The translations under genes were made by a program, and so were the position numbers. From contig NZ_JBKBHX010000006.1 of NCBI RefSeq assembly GCF_046299575.1, positions 105,565 through 169,564 on the forward strand: 64,000 bases of DNA, in the 5' to 3' direction. The notes under the pieces were generated by a model that was given only the letters and a program-made list of their open reading frames with translations, was not told where the DNA came from and did not search any database. This document shows positions 47,437 through 57,401 of the stretch, in pieces. Each line of letters begins with the position of its first letter. Within the stretch, counting starts at the first letter, position 1. The stretch is from Thermaurantimonas sp. GTDB taxonomy: Bacteria > Bacteroidota > Bacteroidia > Flavobacteriales > Schleiferiaceae.

Positions 47437-47886
47437 TCACTGCGAAAATACAGCCGAACCAGCCCTCCACTCTACCCAAGAGTCTCGAGTTTCGTGCAAC
47501 TTACAGAATTCCAATCGTATGCCCTCAGGTAAATATTCTATTAAGCGTGTGATGATCCACTTCAGCATATTTTCAACCGTTGGTGTTTCGTGTAAAACGA
47601 GCACTTTCATATCAGTCGGTATGCTATAGCCATTCGAAAATTCGGATTTTTCAATGATTAATGCATGGTCTAGTACATCGATTACTGAAGTTTGTACAAC
47701 TGCTTTTAAACGCTTTAGATCGATGATCATCCCGCGTTCGGGACCTGAAGTTTGTATTTTACCTGAAACTCCAATTTCCAATACATACGAATGCCCGTGA
47801 ATATTACGACAGTATCCGGGATAATCGGGCAGAAAATGTGCAGCCTCGAAGTAAAAACGACGGTGTAATGCAATGGAAGAATTCAT
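47437..47886 (-). CDS. queD: 6-carboxytetrahydropterin synthase (QueD / PTPS family)
   Basis: FEAAHFLP...C.NIHGHSYVLEI and the C-terminal ETP...E motif. Confidence 0.8.
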   Translation of the reverse strand: MNSSIALHRRFYFEAAHFLPDYPGYCRNIHGHSYVLEIGVSGKIQTSGPERGMIIDLKRLKAVVQTSVIDVLDHALIIEKSEFSNGYSIPTDMKVLVLHETPTVENMLKWIITRLIEYLPEGIRLEFCKLHETRDSWVEWRAGSAVFSQ

Positions 47887-47948
47887 TTGGCCTTAGGCAT
47901 AAACAGCTGGCAAATGAATGATGTACAAACTCGCAGAGAAATGACTTT

Positions 47949-48764
47949 TTACAGCTGTTTCAAGTTTATGTCAAAAGCGTTTTTCAGTACTCTAAGCCGA
48001 TGGGAGTACTTCTTCAGGTCAGGGCGATAAATGCCATTTTGATCAAGCATATCGATTCTGACCATACCGCTACCGGCATGAATAATTTTTTTACCGGGTA
48101 GAACTATACCAACATGAATGATTCTTCCGTCTTCGTCGTCAAAAAAGGCTAAATCGCCGGGCATGGCCTCTTCCACAAAGCTGAGTTGCATGCCTACAGT
48201 GGCTTGCTGATAGGAGTCTCTGGGCATGCTGACTCCGGCCATGCGGTAGGAAATCTGCACAAGGCCGGAGCAGTCGATGCCAAAATGGGTACGCCCTCCC
48301 CATAGATAGGGAGCATACAAAAAATTAAGAGCCGTATCGACGATAGTAGCTCGAGTTTTCACTCCTTTTACTGTAGGGCCGCTAAACACAAGAGTTTCAC
48401 CGCCAATCGTAAACTCACCATTTTCAATTTTCGGAATTTTACTTCCCAACAAGATAGAAAAGAAGTGGTTGCTGTTTTTTTTCAGTATCAAATCCACCAT
48501 GTCGGCGCTATAGCCTGTATAATCGGTGTAATGAACTTGAAAGGTCTCATTGTCGATCAGGCATATTTGTTCAGTTAAAACCCATCCCTGGTAGTCATCG
48601 TGTGATAAACGCACTTTGACCCATTCATCATTTTTGGTCTCAAGTATGTGCATCAGCTCCCCAAAGAGTATCTGATTGACCATTTCAGATCGATGGGAAG
48701 GTTCCTTTCTCATCGGAATAACTGACAGCAGCGAGATTGCCTTATCAAGCATAGCGATCGACAA
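47949..48764 (-). CDS. C40 (NlpC/P60) peptidase with an N-terminal SH3-like region
   Basis: GIDCSGLVQISYRMAGVSMPRDSYQQ (catalytic Cys) and HVGIVL (His). The track start is a TTG at 48764 and the first ATG is at 48752. Confidence 0.85.
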   Translation of the reverse strand: MSIAMLDKAISLLSVIPMRKEPSHRSEMVNQILFGELMHILETKNDEWVKVRLSHDDYQGWVLTEQICLIDNETFQVHYTDYTGYSADMVDLILKKNSNHFFSILLGSKIPKIENGEFTIGGETLVFSGPTVKGVKTRATIVDTALNFLYAPYLWGGRTHFGIDCSGLVQISYRMAGVSMPRDSYQQATVGMQLSFVEEAMPGDLAFFDDEDGRIIHVGIVLPGKKIIHAGSGMVRIDMLDQNGIYRPDLKKYSHRLRVLKNAFDINLKQL

Positions 48765-48767
48765 GAA

Positions 48768-48785
48768 GTTTTTTTTTTTTTTTTT
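48768..48785. repeat. T18 homopolymer (A18 on the coding strand) immediately upstream of the NlpC/P60 start
   Basis: Counted directly: positions 48768..48785 are all T. The tract lies between the thiolase stop (48793) and the peptidase start (48764/48752). Confidence 0.9.
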
Positions 48786-48792
48786 AGGCTTT

Positions 48793-49974
48793 TTACATCA
48801 AATTTTCAATGACGATGGCTGATGCCCCTCCCCCACCGTTGCAAATTCCGGCAGCGCCATATCGGGCATTGTTTTGCTTGAGTACATTTATCAGAGTAAC
48901 GATGATTCGCGCGCCACTACATCCCAGAGGATGCCCCAGCGACACAGCACCACCGTTTACATTAACTCGAGCCGGATCGAGGTTCAAAATCTTTATGTTA
49001 GCTAATCCTACGACAGAAAAGGCTTCATTAAGTTCAAAATACTCAACATCTTCGATTTTAAGACCAGCCTTTCCGATGGCTATTGGCAATGCCTTAGCGG
49101 GTGCCGTCGTAAACCACTTGGGTTCTTGTGCAGCATCGGCATAGCTAACAATTCGGGCCAGAGGCTTTAGGCCGAGCTCCTGAGCTTTTTCCAAACTCAT
49201 TAGAATTAGGGCCGCAGCTCCGTCGTTTAGCGTTGATGCATTAGCTGCCGTGATCGTACCATTCTTTTCAAAAACAGGTGGTAGAGTGGGTATTTTATCA
49301 AATTTTACGTTTTTGTATTCTTCATCTTCAGCGAAAACAATGGGATCACCCTTGCGCTGAGGAATGGTCACAGGTATTACTTCATCGGCAAATTTACCCG
49401 ACTCCCATGCTTTTGCACTTCGCTTGTAGGATTCAATAGCGAAGTTGTCTTGATCCTCTCTCGAAAAAGAATATTCTCTTGCGCACAATTCACCACAAGT
49501 TCCCATGTGCTGACCGTCGTAGGCATCTAGCAAACCATCGCGAAGCATTCCGTCGACCAATTTTAAGTCTCCCAACTTTTGACCGGTTCGACCTGTAGCC
49601 AAATAATGAGGTACCATGCTCATATTCTCCATACCGCCGGCCACTACCACTTCATTATCGCCCGTTTTGATCGACTGGGCAGCCATCATCACTGCCTTCA
49701 TGCCTGAAGAACACACTTTATTTACAGTGGTACAAGGCACTTCGGGCGATAAGCCACCTTTCAGAGCAGCCTGGCGCGCAGGTGCTTGCCCCAAATTGGC
49801 CTGTAATACGCAGCCCATCAATACTTCATTTACCAGTGACGGATCGAGTTGAATTTTGGATAGTGCTCCACGGATAGCCACTGCTCCAAGCTCCGGAGCA
49901 GGTACTGTACTAAGGGAGCCGCCAAAAGAACCTATAGGAGTACGAACTGCTGAAACAATAACAACATCTTTCAT
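48793..49974 (-). CDS. Acetyl-CoA C-acetyltransferase (thiolase II)
   Basis: 393 aa. VNKVCSSGMKAV (active Cys), NVNGGAVSLGHPLGCSG, and GICNGGGGA at the C-terminus. Confidence 0.95.
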   Translation of the reverse strand: MKDVVIVSAVRTPIGSFGGSLSTVPAPELGAVAIRGALSKIQLDPSLVNEVLMGCVLQANLGQAPARQAALKGGLSPEVPCTTVNKVCSSGMKAVMMAAQSIKTGDNEVVVAGGMENMSMVPHYLATGRTGQKLGDLKLVDGMLRDGLLDAYDGQHMGTCGELCAREYSFSREDQDNFAIESYKRSAKAWESGKFADEVIPVTIPQRKGDPIVFAEDEEYKNVKFDKIPTLPPVFEKNGTITAANASTLNDGAAALILMSLEKAQELGLKPLARIVSYADAAQEPKWFTTAPAKALPIAIGKAGLKIEDVEYFELNEAFSVVGLANIKILNLDPARVNVNGGAVSLGHPLGCSGARIIVTLINVLKQNNARYGAAGICNGGGGASAIVIENLM

Positions 49975-50029
49975 TTCTGATAAAAATTAAATTGCGCGCA
50001 AGTTATATATTAGATGTGTTTCAAAATTT

Positions 50030-50785
50030 TTAGGGTTGAACGCCTATTAAAAAAATTGCAGGTACTTTTTCAAGTGTAACGAGATTTTCTTTAGCCCAAT
50101 CGGAAATTCTTAAAGTTTTAATAAACTGCGCTGGACCCGTTAAATCTGAAGCCACACAGAGAAAAGTATCAGGCCGAAGGGTTTGAAGGCATTCTTCAAC
50201 TAGTTTAGTGTTTCTGTAAGGCGTTTCAATAAAAATAAAAGTTGTTTTGTCTTTTAATGAACGGGCTTCGAGCTCTTTAATTTTTCTCCTTCTTTCGTGT
50301 TTTTCTACAGGCAAATACCCCACAAAGGCGTAATTCTGACCATTGAGTCCCGATGCCATCAGCGCTAGAAGTAGCGAAGAGGGCCCCACCAAAGGTACTA
50401 CCTCAATGTTTCTTCTGTGGGCTTCCATCACGAGCAAACTGCCGGGATCAGCTACAGCCGGGCAGCCAGCTTCGCTTAGCAGTCCCACATTTTCGCCAAC
50501 TTTACATTTATCCAGAAAGGAAAAAAAATCGCTCTCCGTCCTGTGCTTGTCGATTTGTACCACTTCAATGGAACTCTGCTGAATATAGGGGACTACTTTT
50601 TTTAGAAAAGCGCGGGCTGATTTGGCATTTTCAGCAAGGTAAAATTTCGTGTTTTCAATCACTTTTTTGGTGCCCAAAGGGATGACTTCCAATGGATTGA
50701 TTTCAGAAATCAAAGAAGGTATCAAATACAATTTACCCATTTTGGGCGGACTGTTTTTTGACGAAATACTTTTGAATAATGGCAT
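50030..50785 (-). CDS. Tetrapyrrole-methylase-superfamily SAM-dependent methyltransferase (RsmI-like)
   Basis: [12 protein letters not shown]..., LLSEAGCPAVADPGSLLV. The likely real start is Met16 (50740), which reduces the overlap with the upstream gene. Confidence 0.7.
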   Translation of the reverse strand: MPLFKSISSKNSPPKMGKLYLIPSLISEINPLEVIPLGTKKVIENTKFYLAENAKSARAFLKKVVPYIQQSSIEVVQIDKHRTESDFFSFLDKCKVGENVGLLSEAGCPAVADPGSLLVMEAHRRNIEVVPLVGPSSLLLALMASGLNGQNYAFVGYLPVEKHERRRKIKELEARSLKDKTTFIFIETPYRNTKLVEECLQTLRPDTFLCVASDLTGPAQFIKTLRISDWAKENLVTLEKVPAIFLIGVQP

Positions 50786-51218
50786 CGCAAGCTATATCGA
50801 CTAATTTAAATACTGACTCAAAGTCGTTCTCCGTTCCATAATAGGGATCAGGAACTTCCAACATCTGGCCTGGAAAAGCTTCTTCAGTCATCATTTTTAC
50901 CTTTCTTAAGTGCTCAGGCGTTTGAGCCATCGAATACAAAGCATCGTAAATCGATCTGTCAGCAGCATAAATAAGGTCGAAGTGTTCGAAGTCTTCCGGT
51001 CGAAACTGTCTGGCGCGTTGGTCAGAGAGGTCAATACCGTGTTTTCGGGCATTTTTCATCGTACGCGGGTCTGGCTTTTCGCCAATGTGATACGACGAAA
51101 TTCCCGCCGAATCTACTACAACATCTTCTACGCCTAGAGCTTTAAGTTTACTTTTTAAAATGCCCTCAGCTAAGGGCGAACGACAAATATTTCCAAGACA
51201 AACCATTAATATTTTCAT
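50733..51218 (-). CDS. Low-molecular-weight protein-tyrosine phosphatase
   Basis: [19 protein letters not shown] (the CX5R(S/T) P-loop) and a DPYYG Asp loop. Confidence 0.9.
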   Translation of the reverse strand: MKILMVCLGNICRSPLAEGILKSKLKALGVEDVVVDSAGISSYHIGEKPDPRTMKNARKHGIDLSDQRARQFRPEDFEHFDLIYAADRSIYDALYSMAQTPEHLRKVKMMTEEAFPGQMLEVPDPYYGTENDFESVFKLVDIACDAIIQKYFVKKQSAQNG

Positions 51219-51718
51219 GCAATCCCCTTCCTTAGTTCTTCGCTCATTTGGTGAACGGCAGCTTTAAGCTGTTCTTTGTAGGCAATAACCTTCGCCAGAA
51301 TTGACGGGTCAGATTGTCCAAGGATTTGAGCTGCCAAAATTCCTGCGTTTTTAGCACCATTTAGGGCTACTGTGGCTACTGGCACACCAGTAGGCATCTG
51401 TAGGATAGAAAGCACTGAGTCCCAACCATCGATGCTGTTTGATGATTTCACAGGTACGCCCACCACAGGCAGTGGCGTGATGCTCGCTACCATACCTGGC
51501 AAATGAGCTGCTCCACCGGCACCTGCTATTATTACTCGAATGCCTCTCAAGTGGGCATTCTTTGCATATTCAAACATTTTATCGGGTGTACGATGTGCTG
51601 AAACCACATCCAATTCATAGGCAATTCCAAACTCTTTCAACACATCAGCAGCCCCTTGCATCACTTGTAAATCGCTTTTCGAACCCATGATGATGCCTAC
51701 GAGCGGAGCATGTGTCAT
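51215..51718 (-). CDS. purE: 5-(carboxyamino)imidazole ribonucleotide mutase
   Basis: [46 protein letters not shown]. Confidence 0.95.
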   Translation of the reverse strand: MTHAPLVGIIMGSKSDLQVMQGAADVLKEFGIAYELDVVSAHRTPDKMFEYAKNAHLRGIRVIIAGAGGAAHLPGMVASITPLPVVGVPVKSSNSIDGWDSVLSILQMPTGVPVATVALNGAKNAGILAAQILGQSDPSILAKVIAYKEQLKAAVHQMSEELRKGIA

Positions 51719-52287
51719 TTTATTCGATTAATAAGTTTTTTATTCTCTGATTTTTTTTCTTGAAGAGCCACCACTTCAAGCGCGTTTTTATCGACCACAG
51801 CCGTAAACTCCAGTCCTGCACTGTAGAGGCGAATGCTCACCATGTTTTTGTTTACCTGAATTACCTCGCCTTCATGCGACACCAGTGGTCCCTCGATGAT
51901 CTTTGCCTTAGCTCCTACAGGTATCTCTTTTACTTCGATTACAGCATGCTGAAATTCAGCGAGAAAAGATTTAAGGCGATCCATTTCCACATCGCGCACA
52001 ATTGCAGGCTTTTTAAGCCAATACACAAAATTGAGAACACCAGGTGTCTGCAGTACTTGGATGCGTTCATTCTCTTCCACGCGCACAAATACATAGGATC
52101 GTATTATTACCTCATCTACGTATTTTCGCCTATCGCTCCATTGTTTGAGCACTCTGCGAATCGGACAGTAATTTTCGATACTTTGTCGGGTGAGCAAATC
52201 GGCGACCTTCTTCTCATTTCTGGGTTTTGTGTAAACGATCATCCATTGCTTACCCATAAAAAGTGTTTTACGTTGTTTAGCTTGCAA
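51715..52287 (-). CDS. NusG-family transcription antiterminator, UpxY-like
   Basis: [18 protein letters not shown]...YCP...[18 protein letters not shown] (NGN domain) plus a C-terminal KOW-like [15 protein letters not shown]. Confidence 0.7.
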   Translation of the reverse strand: MQAKQRKTLFMGKQWMIVYTKPRNEKKVADLLTRQSIENYCPIRRVLKQWSDRRKYVDEVIIRSYVFVRVEENERIQVLQTPGVLNFVYWLKKPAIVRDVEMDRLKSFLAEFQHAVIEVKEIPVGAKAKIIEGPLVSHEGEVIQVNKNMVSIRLYSAGLEFTAVVDKNALEVVALQEKKSENKKLINRIK

Positions 52288-52345
52288 AGTAAAAACGCTC
52301 TGATATAAAGCCGATCATGATGTGAAAAAATTATTTCAAAATTTT

Positions 52346-52368
52346 TGTACTATGTATAGCATAGTACA
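52346..52368. promoter_or_regulatory. Perfect 9-bp inverted repeat TGTACTATG-TATAG-CATAGTACA upstream of padR (candidate autoregulatory operator)
   Basis: Read directly. It lies 43 nt upstream of the padR GTG start, in the divergent gap with the UpxY-like gene. It contains ATGT...ACAT half-sites of the kind reported for PadR operators, but with 10-nt spacing. Confidence 0.4.
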
Positions 52369-52410
52369 TTCTTTTATTTATATCTTTGTTTAATAAACAT
52401 CATCTGTAAA

Positions 52411-52743
52411 GTGAATGAATTAAAGGAGCAAGTCAACGCACAAATGCGCAAAGGCGTTCTTGAACTCTGTGTATTAGCTATTCTAAATCAAAGCGATGCA
52501 TATTCAAATGATATAATTGAGGCATTAAAAAAGCACGAAATTATCCTGGTAGAAGGCACGTTATATCCCCTACTTACGCGCATGAAAAACCAGGGACATC
52601 TCACCTATCGATGGGAAGAAAGCAACCAAGGCCCACCGCGTAAATACTATTCGATTACTCAAGCGGGAAAAGAATATTTCAATACATTAAGAACCATATG
52701 GATTGATTTTTCTTCTTCTATCAACAAACTTTTGCAACAATGA
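52411..52743 (+). CDS. PadR-family transcriptional regulator
   Basis: GVLELCVLAILNQSDAYSNDIIEALK......EGTLYPLLTRMKNQGHLTYRWEES..GPPRKYYSIT..G is the PadR wHTH signature. Confidence 0.85.
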   Translation: MNELKEQVNAQMRKGVLELCVLAILNQSDAYSNDIIEALKKHEIILVEGTLYPLLTRMKNQGHLTYRWEESNQGPPRKYYSITQAGKEYFNTLRTIWIDFSSSINKLLQQ

Positions 52744-54251
52744 AAAAAGCAATATCAGTACAGGTAGCCCGTGTACCATTTACTATGAGCTCAGAAGCTT
52801 TTGAAACTCTGGCGTTGTATTTAGAAAATATCAAGAAAGTCATTCATCCTGATTATCGGGAAGAAACGCTGAATGATATTGAATTGAGAATTGCAGAGTT
52901 GTTAAATCAAAAAAAGCAAAATAATCATATCATTGAAAAAGAACTCATTGACGAAATTGTACAAATTATAGGAAAACCAGAAGAATTTTTAGATCATAAA
53001 GAAACCTCAAATACCTCTTCAGAACTTTATAAATTTGATAAGAAACTTTTTAGAGATCCCGACAATAACATTTTGGGAGGAGTTGCTGCCGGATTCTCTC
53101 ATTATTTTTCTGTTCATAAAATCGTTTTTAGGCTTTTTTTCATAGTTCTAACTTTTTATCAAGGTATTGGGATTTTATTATACCTTTTCTTTTGGGTTAT
53201 TTTACCAAAAGCAAAAACATATGTAGAAAAAATGATTATGAAGGGCGAGGAGATTCCATCTCAATATTTAGATCAAGTAATAATTGACAAATACAATTCC
53301 AAAAAATTTTTAGATTCGAGAGCTTTACATAACAAATTATTTGAAAAATTACTTGATTTTATAGGAAGTATTTTGATTTATACCAAAAATTTTTTGGTAA
53401 ATTTACTTTCCCGTAGCTCACTGGCAATTTTGTCTATTGCAATTATATTGTTTTTAATAATTACCTTTTTAGCTAGTTATGAAATTCTAACAGATAGCAT
53501 AACAATCAATAATGTTAAAATTACAAAGGAAAATGCATTAAACTATATTTTATTAATCTTCCCTTCTACCCTTTATGCAGGTTTATTTTTTATAAGTATT
53601 ATTACTTTAATTGTAAGTCTATTAGCTGTATTGAAAATAGGATATAGAAATTTGACTAAGAAGAATGGTATAAAACGGGCTAAAAGTCTTTATCTTGCAC
53701 TTTTAGCATTATTACTTTCTTTTGTTATAACAAGAGTTTTAATATATTTTATTGAAAAAAATTTTTCTGTGCAAACTTCTTTTATACTTCAATCGGATAA
53801 TTTTTCAATATCAGAAGGTGAAATTTTACATGTTGTACCAAATAATATATTCGCATTTGATGTTCTTCCTATTGTATTAAAAGGAGATTCAGTATATTCA
53901 TCAAATATTGATTTTGTTTTTATTAAAAGTCAAACAGATAAAGCGATGTTTACTGTAAAAGCTGAAGCTAAAGGAGCGAATGAATTGGAGGCTTTTAAAA
54001 ACATTCAAGGCGTCAGATATCAAGTATATAAAGAAGGCAATAGAATAAATGTTTTTTCCTATTTTTCATATCCAAAATACATTGGATTTAGAGATCAAAA
54101 AATAATTATTGAAATTCACCTTCCTGTAAATCAAATAATATATTTACCCGAAAATTTCTCAGGTCATTATGATGTTTTTGAAGATGAAGAATCAGAAGAC
54201 TTATTACCAGGATATTATAAAATGACAGAAGAAGGACTAATTAAATTATAG
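52740..54251 (+). CDS. PspC domain-containing membrane protein
   Basis: KLFRDPDNNILGGVAAGFSHYFSVHKIVFRLFFIVLTF is the PspC domain. The start overlaps the padR stop (ATGA). Confidence 0.75.
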   Translation: MKKAISVQVARVPFTMSSEAFETLALYLENIKKVIHPDYREETLNDIELRIAELLNQKKQNNHIIEKELIDEIVQIIGKPEEFLDHKETSNTSSELYKFDKKLFRDPDNNILGGVAAGFSHYFSVHKIVFRLFFIVLTFYQGIGILLYLFFWVILPKAKTYVEKMIMKGEEIPSQYLDQVIIDKYNSKKFLDSRALHNKLFEKLLDFIGSILIYTKNFLVNLLSRSSLAILSIAIILFLIITFLASYEILTDSITINNVKITKENALNYILLIFPSTLYAGLFFISIITLIVSLLAVLKIGYRNLTKKNGIKRAKSLYLALLALLLSFVITRVLIYFIEKNFSVQTSFILQSDNFSISEGEILHVVPNNIFAFDVLPIVLKGDSVYSSNIDFVFIKSQTDKAMFTVKAEAKGANELEAFKNIQGVRYQVYKEGNRINVFSYFSYPKYIGFRDQKIIIEIHLPVNQIIYLPENFSGHYDVFEDEESEDLLPGYYKMTEEGLIKL

Positions 54252-54294
54252 AGTTCCTTACCAACATATGTTCTGAAAGTGTGAATTTCTATAT

Positions 54295-57200
54295 TTGTCA
54301 AAAATCTCAAATGTGAGAAAATTTTTTATTTTTTTAATTATATTTCTACATTCCATATTTATTTATTCCAATCCAAAGCCTTTATTTAAAACATTTGGCC
54401 CTACTATTACCAAAGGAAGTGGAATAAACTGGCAAGTAACCCAAACTAAAGAAGGATTAATAATTGTTGCATCTTCAGCAGGAGTTAAAATCTTTGACGG
54501 TTACAACTGGGAAATTGTAAAAAACAGGCTCAACTCAGAAGTATATTCAATACATTACAATCCTGAAGATTGCAATATCTATGTAGGGGGATTAGAAGAC
54601 TTCGGTTATATTGAGCTTGACAATTCAAATAAATGGACATATATCTCCTTATTCAATCTTTTACCGCTCTCCCAAACTTCATTCGGAAAAATATGGCAAA
54701 CGATTATTACTGAAAATGTTTACTTTATAAGTGAAAAATTTATTTTTGAATACGATCAAATGAAAATCACTATTCATCAACCTGAGAACAATACATTTTA
54801 CAAAGCTTTTGTGTATAAAAATACTTTTTTCGTTCAGGAGGAAGGTGTGGGCCTTTTTGCAATCGTTGGTGGAAAGAAAAAATTCATAAAAAACAGTAAT
54901 ATTTTTAACGACAAATTAATTGAATTTATACTTCCAACAACACAAGGTGCTAAAGTTTTTTTTAGCGATGGTGTAGTTGCACAATGCAAAATAGAAAACA
55001 ATGAAGTAAAAGACGTAATATTTGAAAGCAATCAGGTTTCAAAATACATTAAAAATGGTTCTCTTAGAAAAATTCTTCATCTGTTTGACGGAAATTATGC
55101 ATTTGCATTGGGAAATGCAGGTGTTGTCATTACAGATTCCTCTTTTCACATCAAATGCATTTATAACCAAGAAAATAAAATAATAAATGAGTTTGTAAAC
55201 GATATATATGAAGATTATTTTGGAAATCTTTGGACAGCGGAAGAATATTTAATCCGATTTATCAATTATGGATCACCCTACAGTATTTATACAAACTCAG
55301 ATGGCATATTTGGCGTAATACATTCATTTGTTGATCTCAAAAATGCAGTTTACTTATCGGATCAATACAACATTTATATTTTTGAAAACAGCGAACTAAA
55401 AAAAATTCATCAAATAAACGAGATTATCCGAAAAATTTATAAAATAGATGAAAATTCATTCTTTGTATTAACAAATAAGGCTATTTATATATTTGAAAAA
55501 CAAAAGTTCACTAAGTTGTTTGAATTTTCCGAGGGAAAAAACATTTTCACCTTCGATAATGCCAACAAAATTTTTGGAGTTTATAATAATCATTTAATTT
55601 TAATTTTTTCGATAAAATTCTCAAAAGTTTCTTTTGAATTTCTGAAAACCTTAGACCAGGTAGAAATAAGTGACATTGTAGTCGATACAAATAAAAGGAT
55701 ATGGTTTTCTACTACATCAAGTGGAGTAGGATTTTTATTTGAGGGAAAAATAAAATTTTATGATACAAAATCAGGATTACCTTCCTACTTCAATAATCGA
55801 ATAGTATATGTAAACAATCAGATATATATACTGACTCAAGAAGGTATTTTTAAACCAGATAAATACTTAAATAATTTAAGAAGAACTTCGGACTTCGGCG
55901 ATTATATTTCAAAACAATTCGTAACAAATATAAATCCTTCAAAATTTGGATTATTTATTAAATTAACAAACGAAAAAAATCAAAATGAATTTTACTTAAT
56001 TAATTCGTCTCTCACAATAGATAGTGATTTTAATAAAATTTTTAAATACTTGCCGGAGAGAGGATTTGCCGGATGGCATTTAACACATGACGATAAACTT
56101 TTGATTTCTTTTATTGAAGGACTTTATGTACTTGATTTAAATAAATCCCATAGACTGTATCAACCGCTTGAGATTACCGTTCAACAAATGTTGTACAATC
56201 AAAAAGGATACTACGATGAAAAACGAAATAGAATAGTACTAAATTACGATTATGGTCCTTTGCAAATATTTATCACGTCTCCTTATTACGAGGGTCAAGA
56301 TAAGATTACATATTTCTATCGAATAAAGAATGGCAACAACGAATGGCAAGAATTAAAAAATAGCAATATTATTGTGATACCGCAATTACATTTTGGTAAT
56401 TACGAAATTCAAATTTATGCACGCAACATTTATGGAATTAATAGTGAAATAAAATCTATACCTATACATGTCAAAACACCCTGGTATTTAAATCTTTATT
56501 TTATTATTTTCTTAGTTATTTTAATTGTAATTATACTTTTATATATCCAAAAACTTAGAGAAAGTTATCTTGCAAAAAAGAACAAAGAACTCGAAGAATT
56601 AATACAACTCAGAACGAAGGAATTAATCGATGAAAAGAAGGAACTTGAGCGTTCAAAGGAAGAATTATATGAATTATCAAAACAGCGCAATCAATTGCTC
56701 GGTGTATATGCTCATGACCTAAAAAATCCTCTAAGTGCAATAGATGGCATAAAAGAGTTGATGGAGGTAACTATTTCTACTACCGATCTCGATGAAAGTA
56801 TAAAGAAGGAGTTGATGGAATACCTGTCGATGATTAAGAGCTCTACGACTCAGATGATGAGCATCATCCAAGACATTTTAAGCAGCGTTCGTCAAGACTC
56901 ATTTAAACAAAAAATTGACAAAAAAATCGTAGATATCATTGAAATATTGAGTGAGCATTACTCTTTAATGAACAATTATGCTCGTCAAAAAAATATTCAA
57001 ATTCACTTTCAACCTAAAGGCAAATATTTGGTAAATGTGGATGAAAGAAAAATAGGAGAAGTTTTTCAAAATTTGCTTTCGAATGCAATTAAATATAGCA
57101 ATGAAAATTCCACTGTTGAAATAGGTATCAACACTGAGATTAGAAACGGTAAAGAATTCGTAAAAATTAGTATCAAAGATCAGGGACCTGGCTTTACTGA

Positions 57201-57399
57201 AGAAGATAAGAAAAAAATGTTTGGGCTTTTTCAACGTCTCTCTGCTAAGCCCACAAAAGGAGAAAGTTCTACGGGTTTAGGTTTATATATTGTAAAAAAT
57301 TATACGGAACTAAATGATGGATTTGTAGAGCTCGAAAGCACTTACGGCGAAGGATCTACCTTTCATATTTACTTACCTCTGGTAGAAAAAATTGTTTAA
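54295..57399 (+). CDS. Sensor histidine kinase with a large periplasmic beta-propeller/Y_Y_Y-type sensor region
   Basis: 1034 aa. A long extracytoplasmic region, one transmembrane segment (YLNLYFIIFLVILIVIILLYI), a coiled coil, an H-box (GVYAHDLKNPLSAI), an N-box (FQNLLSNAIKYS) and G-boxes (DQGPGF, GLGLYIV). Confidence 0.85.
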   Translation: MSKISNVRKFFIFLIIFLHSIFIYSNPKPLFKTFGPTITKGSGINWQVTQTKEGLIIVASSAGVKIFDGYNWEIVKNRLNSEVYSIHYNPEDCNIYVGGLEDFGYIELDNSNKWTYISLFNLLPLSQTSFGKIWQTIITENVYFISEKFIFEYDQMKITIHQPENNTFYKAFVYKNTFFVQEEGVGLFAIVGGKKKFIKNSNIFNDKLIEFILPTTQGAKVFFSDGVVAQCKIENNEVKDVIFESNQVSKYIKNGSLRKILHLFDGNYAFALGNAGVVITDSSFHIKCIYNQENKIINEFVNDIYEDYFGNLWTAEEYLIRFINYGSPYSIYTNSDGIFGVIHSFVDLKNAVYLSDQYNIYIFENSELKKIHQINEIIRKIYKIDENSFFVLTNKAIYIFEKQKFTKLFEFSEGKNIFTFDNANKIFGVYNNHLILIFSIKFSKVSFEFLKTLDQVEISDIVVDTNKRIWFSTTSSGVGFLFEGKIKFYDTKSGLPSYFNNRIVYVNNQIYILTQEGIFKPDKYLNNLRRTSDFGDYISKQFVTNINPSKFGLFIKLTNEKNQNEFYLINSSLTIDSDFNKIFKYLPERGFAGWHLTHDDKLLISFIEGLYVLDLNKSHRLYQPLEITVQQMLYNQKGYYDEKRNRIVLNYDYGPLQIFITSPYYEGQDKITYFYRIKNGNNEWQELKNSNIIVIPQLHFGNYEIQIYARNIYGINSEIKSIPIHVKTPWYLNLYFIIFLVILIVIILLYIQKLRESYLAKKNKELEELIQLRTKELIDEKKELERSKEELYELSKQRNQLLGVYAHDLKNPLSAIDGIKELMEVTISTTDLDESIKKELMEYLSMIKSSTTQMMSIIQDILSSVRQDSFKQKIDKKIVDIIEILSEHYSLMNNYARQKNIQIHFQPKGKYLVNVDERKIGEVFQNLLSNAIKYSNENSTVEIGINTEIRNGKEFVKISIKDQGPGFTEEDKKKMFGLFQRLSAKPTKGESSTGLGLYIVKNYTELNDGFVELESTYGEGSTFHIYLPLVEKIV

Positions 57400-57401
57400 G
57401 T

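Noticed and set aside
51760-52308. 182-aa plus-strand ORF
   Set aside because: It is antisense to the UpxY/NusG-like gene, whose NGN and KOW motifs are recognisable. The plus-strand translation has no motifs.
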